Source: Hypanus sabinus
Taxonomy: Eukaryota
NCBI RefSeq assembly: GCF_030144855.1
Contig: NC_082721.1
Location: 73,966,001 to 74,030,000, forward strand
DNA length: 64,000 bases
Direction: 5' to 3'
In this document: positions 10,610 through 22,381 of the stretch, one piece after another
How the letters are laid out: each line of letters opens with the position of its first letter
How positions within the stretch are numbered: position 1 is the first letter of the stretch
Program-made: the position numbers and the translations under genes
Notes under the pieces: model-generated
Told to the model about the DNA's origin: nothing
Seen by the model: only the letters and a program-made list of their open reading frames with translations
Database searches by the model: none

Positions 10610-13600
10610 TATCTAAAAAAAGGGGGAAAAAAAAGAAAGAAAGAAGAAAGAAAGACTGCTTGGATATTGGATTTTTTTATAAATTCTTTCTGATATTTAT
10701 TCAAGTTAGGTTTCGGTTTTATCCCTTCAATATCACCTAGTATAAATAATATTGGGTTATGTGGAAGTTGTGTTCCAATAATTTGTTCCAATAAAACTCT
10801 TAAATTTATCTAAAAAGTTTGAATTTTAAAAGAAGACCAGGTAGAGTGTAAAAAAGTACCAATTTCTTGATTACATTGAAAACATTGATCAAATAAATTT
10901 GGATTTAATCTATTTATTTTTGTGGTACAATATATAGTTGATGTAAAATTGTATTGTACTAATCTAAGTCAGATAATTATTTTATTTGTCATACTGTCAA
11001 GACATAGTCTTGACCAATTTGTTTTGTCAATTTTAATATCCAAATCTATTTCCCATTTTTTGTCCTGACTTCTGAATTGCTTGTTTAAGTGTCTGTTTTT
11101 GAATCATATTATACATACAAGAAGTAAATTGTTTAATTTTTCATTTTTGAAATATTTCTATTTCATTCGGTTTTGGCATTAACATTGTTTGACCCAGTTT
11201 GTCTCTTAAGTAAACCCTTAATTGAAAATAACAGAAGAGAGTATTATTTGATATTTTATTGTTATTCTTTAATTGATCAACATCAAAATACCTCCATCAA
11301 AACAATCTCCTATATATCTAATCCTTTTTGGAAACCAGTTATATAAAAGTTGATTATCCATTGTAATAGAATGAATTAGAGGTCTCTTTTCTTATAAAGA
11401 TTTCTTTATTTCATCATCAACATTTGTCTTATTCCATAAAGCAATCAAATGTTTTAATATAAGGGATTCCCATATCCAATTAGATTCCCATTTATATATA
11501 AAATATTCTGGTATATTTTCTCCTATCTTATCTAACTCCATTCTAATCCATGCCGGTTTATCTTCATCAAAAAAAGATGCAATAAATCTAAGTTGATTTG
11601 CTTTATAATAATTCTTAAAGTTTGGAAGTTGTAACCCTCCTCCATCAAATTTCCATGTCAATTTTTCCAATGATATTCTTGACATCTTATGTTTCCAAAG
11701 AAACCTCCTCACATATTTATTTAACTCTTGAAAAAAATTCTGCAGCAGTTGTATTAGTAATGTTTGAAATAAATACTGTAATCTAGGAAATATATTCATT
11801 TTTACAACATTGACTCTACACACTAATGTTATTGGTAACATCATCCGTTTATGAAGATCTTCTTGAATTTTTTCAATAATGGTAAATAATTTAATTTATA
11901 TAAATTCTTTGTATCTTAATCAACTCTTATACCTAATTACTTTATACCATTTATCCACCATCTAAATTGAGTTACTAATCGACATTGACTATATACTCCT
12001 TTAGTAAGTGGTAAAATTTCACTTTTATCCCAGTTTATTTTATACCCTTATATTTTCCAATATTCTTCCAATCTAAAAGATAATTTATACAACAAACGCA
12101 ATGGGTTTGTTAGATAAATCAGAACATCATCAGCAAATAGATTACTCTTATATTCCTCCTGGTTAACTCTGAAACCCATAATATCTGAGTTAGTTCTAAT
12201 TAATTCAGCTAATGATTCTATCGCCAATACAAATAAAGCAGGTGATAGTGGACAACCTTGTCTAGTTGACCTTGTTAACTGAAATGGTGTTGAAATTTGG
12301 CCATTTGTCACTACTTTAGCTTTGGGACTAGTATTTAAGGTTTTAATCCAATTTATAAAAGATACTCCTAACCTGTATTTTTCCAATACCTTAATTAAAA
12401 AATCCCATTCCAATCTAGCAAATGCTTTTTCTGCATCCAAAACTACTGCCACACTCATTTCCTCCCTCTTTTGTGCCAGATGAATTATGCTAAGCAACCG
12501 AGTTACATTATCTGCCGATTGTCTATCTTCAATAAATCTTGTTTGATGCATATGTATTAATTTTAGTAAATATTTAGATAATCTACTAGATAAAATTTTT
12601 GCTATCATTGTGTACTCCGTGTTCAACAAAGAAATAGGCCTATATGATGCTGGTTTTAAAGGATCTCTATACTTTTTTTTTGCCAATACTATTAAAATCG
12701 CCGTCGAAAAAGATTCTGGAAGTTTATGTGTTCTTTCTGCTTGATATATTAGCTCCATAAAAGGAGGAATTAATAAATCTTTAAACCTTTTATAACGTAC
12801 AGGCGAAAAACCATCCTCTCTTGGAGATTTATTACTCTGGAGTGATCCTAAAGCTTCTTTGACCTCTTTTAATGTAAAAGGCATATCTAATCACTACTGT
12901 TATTCCGAGTTCAATTTTGGGAGAGTTATTTGTGATAAAAATCTTTCTATCTCAACAACATCATTTTGTGATTCTGATTGATATAATTCAGAATAAAAAC
13001 TTTGAGAGGTTTCAATAATTTCTAAAGGTTTATAAGTAATTTTATTTGCACTTATTCTAATTGCACTTATCATTTTGGAAGCCTGTTCTGTTTTCAACTG
13101 CCATGCAAGAATCTTGTGTGATCTTTCACCTAATTCATATTATCTCTGTTTAGTTCTCATAATTGCTTTTTCTGTTTGGTTTGTCTGGAGCATATTATAT
13201 TGTAGCTTCCTATTGATAAGTTGTTTTCGTTTTTCTTCTGTCATATATCTTTGAGATTTTTTTTCTAATCTGGCAATCTCTTTTTCCAGTTGATCTATTT
13301 CTACCATATATTCCTTCTTAATTTTAGAAGTATAACTTAATATCTGACCCCTCAAATACGCTTTCATCACTTTCCATAATGCAAATTTATCATCAACTGA
13401 ATACGAGTTTGTATCCAGAAAAAAAATGAATCTGTTTCTCCATAAAGTCACAAAAATCTTGATGTTTTAATAATATTGAATTAACTCTCCATCTGTAAAT
13501 CAGTTCCTCCTTATCCATCATTATCATTGTCATTATTAAAGGAGAATGATCTGACAATATTCTCGCTTTATATTCCATACTCTTCACTCTATCCTGAATA

Positions 13601-14225
13601 TTCATTGATAATAAAAAAATATATCCTTGATTAAGTGTTATGTCTATTTGAATAAAATGAATAATCTCTTTCTCTTGGGTTAATTCTTCTCCATACATCA
13701 ATCAAATTTAAATCTTTCATCAATGATAAAGTTAATTTTACTACTGTCGATTTTGTAAGAGCCTTAGTTGATCTATCTAAAACTGGGTCTGGACAAAAGT
13801 TAAAATCTCCACCTGTTAATATTTTATTGTGTGCACTGGCCAAATTCAAAAAGGCTTTTTGTATAAATTTTAAATCATTTTCATTTGGTGCATAAATATT
13901 CATGAGTCTATAATTCTGAAAAGATTTGACAATGTATAATCACATATCTCCTTGCAGAATCAATTAATACATTTTGTATTTTAATTGGTAAGGTCTTATT
14001 AACCAAAATTGCAACTCCCCTCGCCTTTGAATGAAATGAAGCTGCAATAACATTTTAGCCCCAATCTCTCTTTAATTTCTGAAGTTCTGTCTGTGTTAAA
14101 TGTGTTTCCTGCAAAAAGGCTATATCTACTTTAATGTTCTTAATGTTTGTTAAAATTAGTTTTCTTTTCACCGGTCCATTAAGCTCATTAACATTAAAAA
14201 TTTAAAAATTCAGTAAATTAGTCAT
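10610..14225 (-). pseudogene. L1 ORF2p (APE endonuclease, reverse transcriptase, Cys-rich C-terminus), disrupted
   Basis: ATG at 14225 MTNLLNF*IFNVNELNGPVKRK..AFLQETH; NIYAPN, GGDFN, LSDHSP; RT SYRPISLLN, LDAEKAF, RQGCPLSP, LFADD; GGLQLPNFKNYY; CFQC..HSTW near 10840-10885. Confidence 0.92.
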
Positions 14226-14699
14226 TATTTTTAACAAGGTTACTCCCATCTATAACAGTATATAATATCTCAGCTCTCATAGTACCTTGGGGAATCTCTT
14301 TAAAATTCTCCATGTTGCTATGTGTATTTCCCCCCAATCATCCAGGCAAAGAAAAAAATATAGAAGAAAGATAGATTGTAAAGAAAAAGATAAAAAAATA
14401 TCCCCCACTAATGTTGTGAATGAAAAATACCACATTAGCCCCCTTTGTTTTACGGGTCATGGCAATTGCTCTGATTACACACGTGAATCCCGTAGCAATC
14501 GATCAGAAGCTACCCCAACTCCCCATAACAAGAAAAAAGATATATGTAAGAGAAGAAAAAAAAATAATATCACTACTCCCAATTAGTATTCCTCATTTTT
14601 TTTTCTTTCTCCCCCTCTATCATATGATTAAGAATGTATTTGTATATTCTTCCACCCTTAAGTATCCATGAAATCCATTTCCTATCCCAGTCTTCATCT

Positions 14700-15854
14700 T
14701 TAATCCATTTCGGTTTCATAAATTCTTTGCTGTGTCCAGCAAATATTCAACAGTTCTTGTGCAAACTCCTTCGCTTTCCGATAATCAGTAAAAAATCTTC
14801 TTTTTTTGTCATCCAAAAAAATTATCAGTGTTGCCGGATAGCGCAGTATAAATTTATAACCCTTTTCCCATAAGACCTTTTTCACTGGGTTAATTTCCTT
14901 CTTCCTCTTCAAAAGGTCATAAATTATGTCAGGATAGAAAAGAACTGTTTTCCCTTCTATCATCAATAGCCCGTTTCTCTTTTTGGCACCTTGGACAGCC
15001 GCCTTCAGTGTCCTTTCTTTATCTTGATATCTTAAGCATTTTATCAAGATTGATTGTGGATTTTGATTGTGTTGTGGTTTTGGTCTTAAAGCTCTATGAG
15101 CCCTTTCGAGTTCAATTAATTGATTTCCCTCTTCCATTTCCAAAATCTCTGGGATCCATTTTTGAAAACAATTTATTGAATTTTCTCCCTCTGTACCTTC
15201 TTTAAGACCAACCAACTTCATGTTGTTTCACCTGCTAAAATTTTCAAGCACATCTACTTTTTCCAACGACTGTTTTCTTTCTGATGTCCAGGCAAGAATA
15301 TTATCTTCCATCTAGTCCACTCTATCGTTAGTGTCTCCTATTATTTCTTCCAGCTTTTTAACTTTCTTATTCATTTTCTCCTGTTTTTACACAACCTTAT
15401 CAAACATAATCTTCTTATTTTTAATATCCGTTTTTATTGCTTTTAATTCATACATTATTTGCACAAAGGCCTCTCTTATGTCTCCACGATGTCCTCCAGT
15501 TTTAATTTCCTCTTGTTCTTCTTCTTCCTCTTTTTCCTCATCTGCATTGTCCAGGGAATCTGATTCTACTTCAGATTCACTTTCACTTTCAAGTGCAGCT
15601 GGAACTTGTTGTTTGGTTTGCAACTGTTTGCCCATGCCCTCTTCTTCAAGCATGGGCAGTTCCTGCTGCTTCTTCTTAGAGATGGCTGACATTGCCGCAG
15701 TTTCCTGTTCTTCACCGCCGGAGACAAAATGTGCCTCACCGAAAGGAGGTCGAAACTGTGTGCGAGGTTCCGTCATAGTAGTAGGTCCTTTTTCCTTCCC
15801 AACTCGTGCTGTCTTCAAAGTAGTAGTTCCCTTCTGTTTCTATTTAGGAGGCAT
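14700..15854 (-). pseudogene. L1 ORF1p (acidic N-terminus, coiled coil, RRM/CTD), disrupted
   Basis: ATG at 15854 (MPPK*KQKG..); ORF 15387-15818 is acidic low-complexity; ORF 14700-15221 KLVGLKEGTEG..ELERAHRAL..LRYQDKERTL..LFYPD..LRYPATL is L1 ORF1-like. Confidence 0.88.
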
Positions 15855-16304
15855 ATCTAAAAATAATCTTGAATAGTTTATAAATAATCTTTAGAAAGTA
15901 TTAACTTTTCTTCACTTAAACGGTATTTTACTGATTTTTATGGGAGAGCTGGATTTCCATGTCTCGATCCTATGTCATCACGTGACATCCCCCGCATCCA
16001 AGCTTTGTATATGTGTACAAGACTTTTAGCACAGTGCTGTACACATCAAAATAAAACACTCTGCCTCTTCAGAAAACAATTCAGATCTAACCAAATCTTC
16101 ATCAAGCCTAAGCTTTACCAACCCTTGCAAAATCTTGATAAACCTCATCTCTAGTGCAGTCACATCCTTCCTGTAATGTTGTGAACAAAATGTTGTGCAG
16201 CACTGTAGCTATGGCCTGACTAGTGTTTTATATGGCTGCAGCTTGACTACCCTGCTATTTCAGTTTTTACATCTCAGGCAATAAAGGCAAGTAACCTGCA
16301 TTTT

Positions 16305-17737
16305 CATTGGCTACATGGAACAGTCCAAGTTCCTAACCTTCCCTAGAAATTCTCCCCAACACATTAATGACTGCATTGATGCTGCTTCAGGCATCCATGC
16401 ACAGCTCATCAATTTCATCAACTTTGCCTACAACTTCCAACCTTTCCCTTAACTTCATGGTCCATTTCTGCCACCCCCTGCTCCCAACACACTTTACCTG
16501 CTTTCTCTTTCTTCATCTCTGGAGACAATGTGTCAACCAACATCATTTATAAACCTCCCAATTCATGTGCTTATCTTGACTGTATCCCTTCCCACCCTAT
16601 CTCCTGTTAAAATGCTACTCCATTTTCTCAGTTCCTTTGTCTCCAGCACATCTGTTTCCAGGATGTGGCATTACTTTCCAGACAACAGAGACATCCTCCT
16701 TCTTCAGAGAACAGAGTATTTTTTACTCCACCATCGATGCTGCTCTCACTCACATCTTTTCCATTTCCCAAACATCTGCACTTTGCCTTAACAATGATAG
16801 AGTTCCTCTTGTCCTTACCTCCCGCCCCATGATCCTCTGCATCCAACACATCAACCTTCGCAGCTACTGCCATCCCTAAAGTGATCCTACCACCAATCAA
16901 ATCTTTACCTCCTGCCTCTCTCCACCTTCCATGGGGATCACTCCCTCCATGATCTCCTTGTCCATTTATCCATCCCCACTAACTTCCCTCCAGGCATTTA
17001 TCCCTGTATGTGGACTAAGTGTGACACCTGCCCATTCACCTCATCCCTCACCTCTATTCAGGACCCCAAACTGTCCTTCCACGTGAGACAACACTTCATC
17101 CCCTAGTGTCATCTATTGTGTCTGTTACTCCTGATGCATCCTTCTCTATGATGGTGAGACCCATCATAAAGTGGGGGACCATTTCGTAGAGCACCTCCAA
17201 TCCATCAGCCAAAGGTTCCGATTCCTATTCTCATTTTAACATGTCCATAGCCTCCACTTCTGCCAGAATGAGGCCACCCTCTGGGTGAAGTGGGACATCT
17301 TACTTTGTGTAACCTCTAACCTGATGGCATGAAAATAATGATTTCCCAATCCTTTATTTTAAAATAAAACACCCCCCTTCTCCTTCCATTCCCCTTTCTG
17401 GCCTCTTCACCTCATCTGCTGACCACTTCTCTCTGGATCCCCTCTTTCTTCATTTTCTCCTATGGTTCACTCTCCTCTCCTGTTGGATTCCTTTCTCTTC
17501 TTCCATTTGTCTTTTCCACCCACGTGGTATCACCTGTCACCTTCTAACTATACTCCTTCCCTGTCCCCTCCACATTTTTATTGACATCTTCCCTCTTCCT
17601 TTCCAGTTCCGAAGAAAGGTCTGGGCCAGAGACATCAGCTTATTATTTTCCATAGATTCTGCCTGACCTGCTGAGTCCTGTCAGAATTTTGTGTGTGTTG
17701 CTTTGGATTTCCAATATCTGCAAATTTTCTCATGTTT
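16305..17737 (+). mobile_element. Penelope-like element, 5'-truncated (RT C-terminus, GIY-YIG endonuclease, pseudo-LTR)
   Basis: GYMEQS.., RVPLVLT.., a decayed VIYC..C..LYxGET..GDHFVEHL motif at about 17100-17200, a pyrimidine-rich pLTR and the conserved terminal block ending ctgcaaattttctcatgttt. Confidence 0.85.
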
Positions 17738-18199
17738 AAGTATCCTCTTTGCCTTTTCAGATTCTTAAGAGATGTATGAACATACATTTCAAGGATTTCT
17801 GTTCCTCGACAGTATGTTGTATTTCAACTTTCATTTCGATTTTTTTTGCCTTGCTTTCCTTGCCAATACATTTTCTTGCAGTTCTCTTACTGTGGCAATA
17901 TGTACTGTATTTTAATATGCAGTACATCCCAGGGAGCCAAATCAGTGAGTTGCAAATCACCTTGGATTTCTGAGTGACTTATGTTATTTTGTTAGACTTG
18001 CAAAGGACATAAAGTTGGCATAGATGTTTCACAATGCGCAGACAGCTGGCAGATTAGTGACAGAGGTGGGTAGTCATACAAAAAGTGATAAGGGCAGGAA
18101 CAATTACAATGTTTGAATGGTATTTATACAGGTACATGGATAGGAAAGGTTTAGAGGGTTATCAGCTGAAATCAGACAATTGATACAGTTCTGGATGAA

Positions 18200-18690
18200 A
18201 AACACACTGCCAGAGCAACCATGCAGTGGCTTCAAATGAAGAAAAGTGATGTCCTGGAGTGCCCAGTGCGTGTTTTGACCTTAACACAATTGAACATCTC
18301 TGGCAAGATTTCAGGACTGCTGTCCATTGCTGCTCCACAGCTAACTTGCCATAGCTTGAGCAATTTTGCAAGTAAGAATAGTCAAATCTTGCCCCAACAT
18401 GCTGTGCAAAGCAAATAGAGACTTATTCAAAAAGACTACTGGCTGTAACAGTTGCCAGAGGTAGTTCAATAATGTACTGAGAAAAGGGGGATAAATACTT
18501 TTGAACTACTGGCATTTCAGTTTATTCTTCTTTAGTTTTTCATGCTTTATAATTTCTCAGTTTATTGTGAAAAAAGAAACGTGATTCACAAATAAAAGTT
18601 CACAATTAAATTGATTAAAATCCCCAGGTTGAAAAACTTATTTAAGTGATGAAAAGGATAGGGTCTGTGTACTTTTACAAGGTATTGTAT
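18200..18690 (+). mobile_element. Tc1/mariner right end (decayed DDE C-terminus and TIR)
   Basis: HTARATMQWLQMK..VLECP..DLNTIEHLWQD..LEQF..CAKQIETYSKRLLAV; ends acttttacaaggtattgta. Confidence 0.78.
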
Positions 18691-19199
18691 TGTCCTCAAG
18701 CGAGGACCCAGTGGAACTCTGAAAATACTAGAGAAACTGACTGAGTTTGATCTTCAGATATTAGAATAGACAATATCCTATTCAATAATTAGAGTAGATT
18801 GGATTTCAATAGTATCAGAGAAAGTACTGGAGATTCAAAACTGCAAATCAATACAAAACTCGTGAAAGCCTAACACTATTTTTATAATGACATTGGCAAG
18901 GCCTATGGAGTCTGTGCTTCATAACATAGTCCTTGCTACAAAGTAGAAACATGTACATTATCAAATCTGTATGATCTATAGGATTTAGCTTCTAGTTCTG
19001 TGAACAGGTAAGTAGGCACTTGGTAAGCATTCTTTTGCTGTCTTTAGATGTGAAGCAAATCCTTTCACTGCAATTCATTCTGGTCACTATCAGCAATTAC
19101 ATTGAAAGCCTTCATTTCCTGCTCCTTAGAGTAAGAACAGTATTAATAAGGGGTAGGGGTTCATTGTGGTTGTTCCTTGAGTAACCTGTGGATATTTTG

Positions 19200-19410
19200 T
19201 ACATTCCTGAGAAGCTGAAAGGTTTGGTTACTGGAAAGAGATGGATTATGCCCCAGGTTTCAAAAAGAGAGATTGTGGATGCATTGGTGGTGACCTTTCA
19301 AGAATCACTAGATTCTGGAATGTTTCCAGAGGACTGGAAAATGGTAACTGTCAATCCACTTTTCAGAAGTGAGAGAGGCAAAAGAAAGGAAATTATAGGT
19401 CAGTTAACCT
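19200..19410 (+). mobile_element. CR1 ORF2 fragment
   Basis: EIVDALVVTFQESLDSGMFPEDWKMVTVNPLF. Confidence 0.8.
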
Positions 19411-21361
19411 AAATGAAAACAGCATCAGAAATTTACAAAACAATTAATTTACAGACTGTGATATTCCAAGTATTGATTACATCTAATATCTTCAAAGGCC
19501 ACTCCACCGAGAGAAATTTTAATTATAGTCTTTGCAAATAGTGTGTATGATTCAAAGATTTTTGATAGAAACCATATTAAAGATGGTCATTGACTAGAGT
19601 CTGTACATTTTTGATGTTGCTGTAGCTCTTCTTTTGAAAGCACAGTTTGCTCATCTACCTTATTTGGCATCTTATATTCATAGATCAGGCATTGACACGT
19701 GTATCAATGAGGAAATTTAAGGAAAGCAATCATTGACATAATGGTAAGTCTTGTTTTGGTTGGCCATTGCCCTTTCTGAGTTTGTTAATTAAGAAAGATG
19801 TTTCTCATAATCACAAATAATTAGCTCTCAAAATTAATTCTAATCTTAACTTGCAATTCCACACATATTTAAAACTATTCAGTGTATCGTCCTTTGTTTT
19901 GACAAATGTATCCCACTCTCACTCCTATATTTGTCTGTCACTGATTTGACGCAGTCTCATTCTGAGTCTGAATTTCTGGTTATTTATTTTGAGGTAGGGT
20001 GTTCAGTGGGGAAAGTGAAGTTTTTGTTGGTGTCTATGGTCGAACACATCTTGGAAAGTTGTCTGCTATTGATCTCAAATGAAGAAGTTTTTGAGGGCAT
20101 GGTTCATGTAGGGGAAATGACTGGAATATCAGAACTCACTTTATAAGTTCTGTCAGCTACTGTGAGTAATAATCTCTAAAGAAAAAAAAAATCATTTTGT
20201 TTATACATTATTGGTAGAAATGAGTTGCTGTACAAAACAACAGCTGCTTCCAATGTCTGTATTCTTCCAATTTTGCCACGTGGCTTTTGAACATGAGAGT
20301 CTGTGTGCAATGAAAAATGGAACTTGTTGTTTGAAGCAAAGATCTTCAATTTCTCATCTGAAATTTACATGGTTCGTAATTTAACAGTGGCACTAACTCC
20401 TTTCTTTGTCACTGGACTCATCTGTGGTTTCTCACTGTCCACACTAGAACAAGGTTTCAGGAGGCAGACAGCATTGCAACCGTTACTGAACTGGAAATCC
20501 AGGTACAATTTATTGTTTTGTGTGCTGTGAAGATTGTTGTTCTGTCTCAACTGCATCCTGTTACTTGTCATCCAGGGGTCATTTTCACCAGCATGCATCT
20601 GGCAAATGTCATGCTGGAACTCTCATTGGCATCAATCATGAGTGTTGCCCCTTCCTGCCTAGTCTTGTGAACTTGCATCAGTCCATTCTGCTTGTTTTGT
20701 CCCAGTTGTTACCTCTTGTTTTGAGGTCCAATCACATTCTGTACATCTGAGGATAATACAGGTTTTCCTTCTTGTCAATCACTGCCAATGTAAAGAGTTG
20801 GATGTAAACTAAATGCCAGTGGTATTCAGATGGACAAACCACAATCTGTTTCAAACTTCCACCTACCTCCTGTCTGGCAGTTATTAAGTATCTCTGTAGT
20901 ATGAGAATTCTGTTCAACTCTTCAGGTTCTGCAGATGCATTTTATGATGTCATGTACAGTTCTATACAACAATATATGTCCATGTTTCATCAGCTGATGA
21001 AGTTCAACCTCAGCATTAGATCACTGAGGTTTCCTGTATTTTAACCCAACAAAGGGATGAACCAAAAATCTCACGTCTCCTGGTCAATCATTTGCTATTG
21101 AAAGAACATCAATACTTGTATTGTCCTATTATAATCAGTGAAAAATGTGGTGGTGGAAGTGTTGCTGGCAAGGGGTTATTGCGCCCATATTACTGGCCTT
21201 CTCTCCATTACCTGGCTAAATGCAATGCAAGTATTAGGAATAGTACATAAAACAATCAATTAGTAAATATTATATTTAAAAGCCAGTACATAATTTTCTA
21301 GGCTTTTTGGAGGTTCCAGCTTCAGCTAGTTGATTGGTCCACTCAACTGATATTTTTGAAT

Positions 21362-22202
21362 TGTTACGTATTCAGGCAACAATAAATATATGAGTTCGGC
21401 AAGGGTTTCTTATAACAAACAACACTTTTATTAAACACAGAAAACAAACCCCCCAAAAGTAAACAAACACTACCGTAACCGGAAACAGCTGCTGAGCGGC
21501 TGTTCAAACAGTTCGTAAAGTGATATTCCAAAACAGTTCTTTAAAGTGGTTTTGCCAAAAGTTCGATATGCTCACAGTCCATTTAAAAGGAGAGACTTTA
21601 TAGGACGATTTAGGTTCCCTTTCAAGTCGCTTGTTTCGATCCCCGCCATCGAACTTCCCACGAAGAATTTACGAAACAGAACGGCTTAAAGGCACTGACC
21701 TTTCCTTCTCCACTACCTTCAATCCTTTCTAGGTAAACCTAGGGATTAACACGAAGATAGTCAACGAAATCCTTCCAAATAAGGATCAAACAAAGGTCGC
21801 CCCCGTTTCACCGTAGAAAGCGATTCTCCTCGATCTTTAACTTCCGAACTTCGAATCTTCACTCTCCTCTAATTCTCAAACTAACAGAATCATAAAGAAC
21901 CTGCTGGCAAAGACCTTTTAAACTTTAGACATTAAATAAAAACTTCAACCTTCAACTAAACTGCGTCATCACTTCAAACACGCAGTGGCATGAAGTCAAC
22001 TTGGCAAATCCAGCCACGAACTGCCCCTCCTCACAGGGTGGGGTCTACCTTTTATAACCTGTAAAAAAAACCCGTCACATGATCTCCACTGGCGGGAAAA
22101 TGACGTCACCACCATCACAAGACCATCACCTCAAGTCCCGTACAGCTTCAACCCCAGTCACATGACAAGGGCTCCACTGTCATGTGTCACGAGTACGTAA
22201 CA
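21362..22202 (-). mobile_element. Solo LTR (841 bp), Gypsy-type, with 4-bp TSD GAAT
   Basis: Termini TGTTACGTAtTC...GAgTACGTAACA (11/12 inverted match); GAAT at 21358-21361 and 22203-22206; TATAAAA (about 22050) and AATAAA (about 21430) read on the minus strand. Confidence 0.92.
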
Positions 22203-22381
22203 GAATGTATATGAACACTGTACTAAACGTAGCCATATTGATGTATTCACAATGTTGTTACAGTCCTTGCAATGCGTCTGTACTGGTCTCATGGTTATTT
22301 AACTCATAACCAGGACTGTAAATTACCATCAAAGCTAGTTGAATCAGTGATGCATGCATATATGTGCTGCCTAATACTTGC

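Larger units (their letters stand above)
10501..15993 (-). mobile_element. Full-length L1-clade LINE (about 5.5 kb), inactivated, with 15-bp TSD and poly(A)
   Basis: Identical GCATCCAAGCTTTGT at 10486-10500 and 15994-16008; T-run (poly-A of the element) at 10501-10509; G-run 5' start; ORF1 and ORF2 in order with stops and frameshifts. Confidence 0.95.
10467..16036. repeat. Tc1-derived miniature inverted-repeat element (about 60 bp) split by the L1; arms at 10467-10490 and about 16010-16036
   Basis: Removing the L1 and one TSD gives tactgtgcaaatgtctcaggcatccaagctttgtatatgtgtacaagacttttagcacagtg, an imperfect hairpin whose arm resembles the Tc1 end at 48459 (tattgtgcaaaagccctaggca). Confidence 0.65.

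Noticed and set aside
15331-15876. 181-aa Ser-rich plus-strand ORF as a gene
   Set aside because: It is the antisense shadow of the Glu-rich L1 ORF1 N-terminus.
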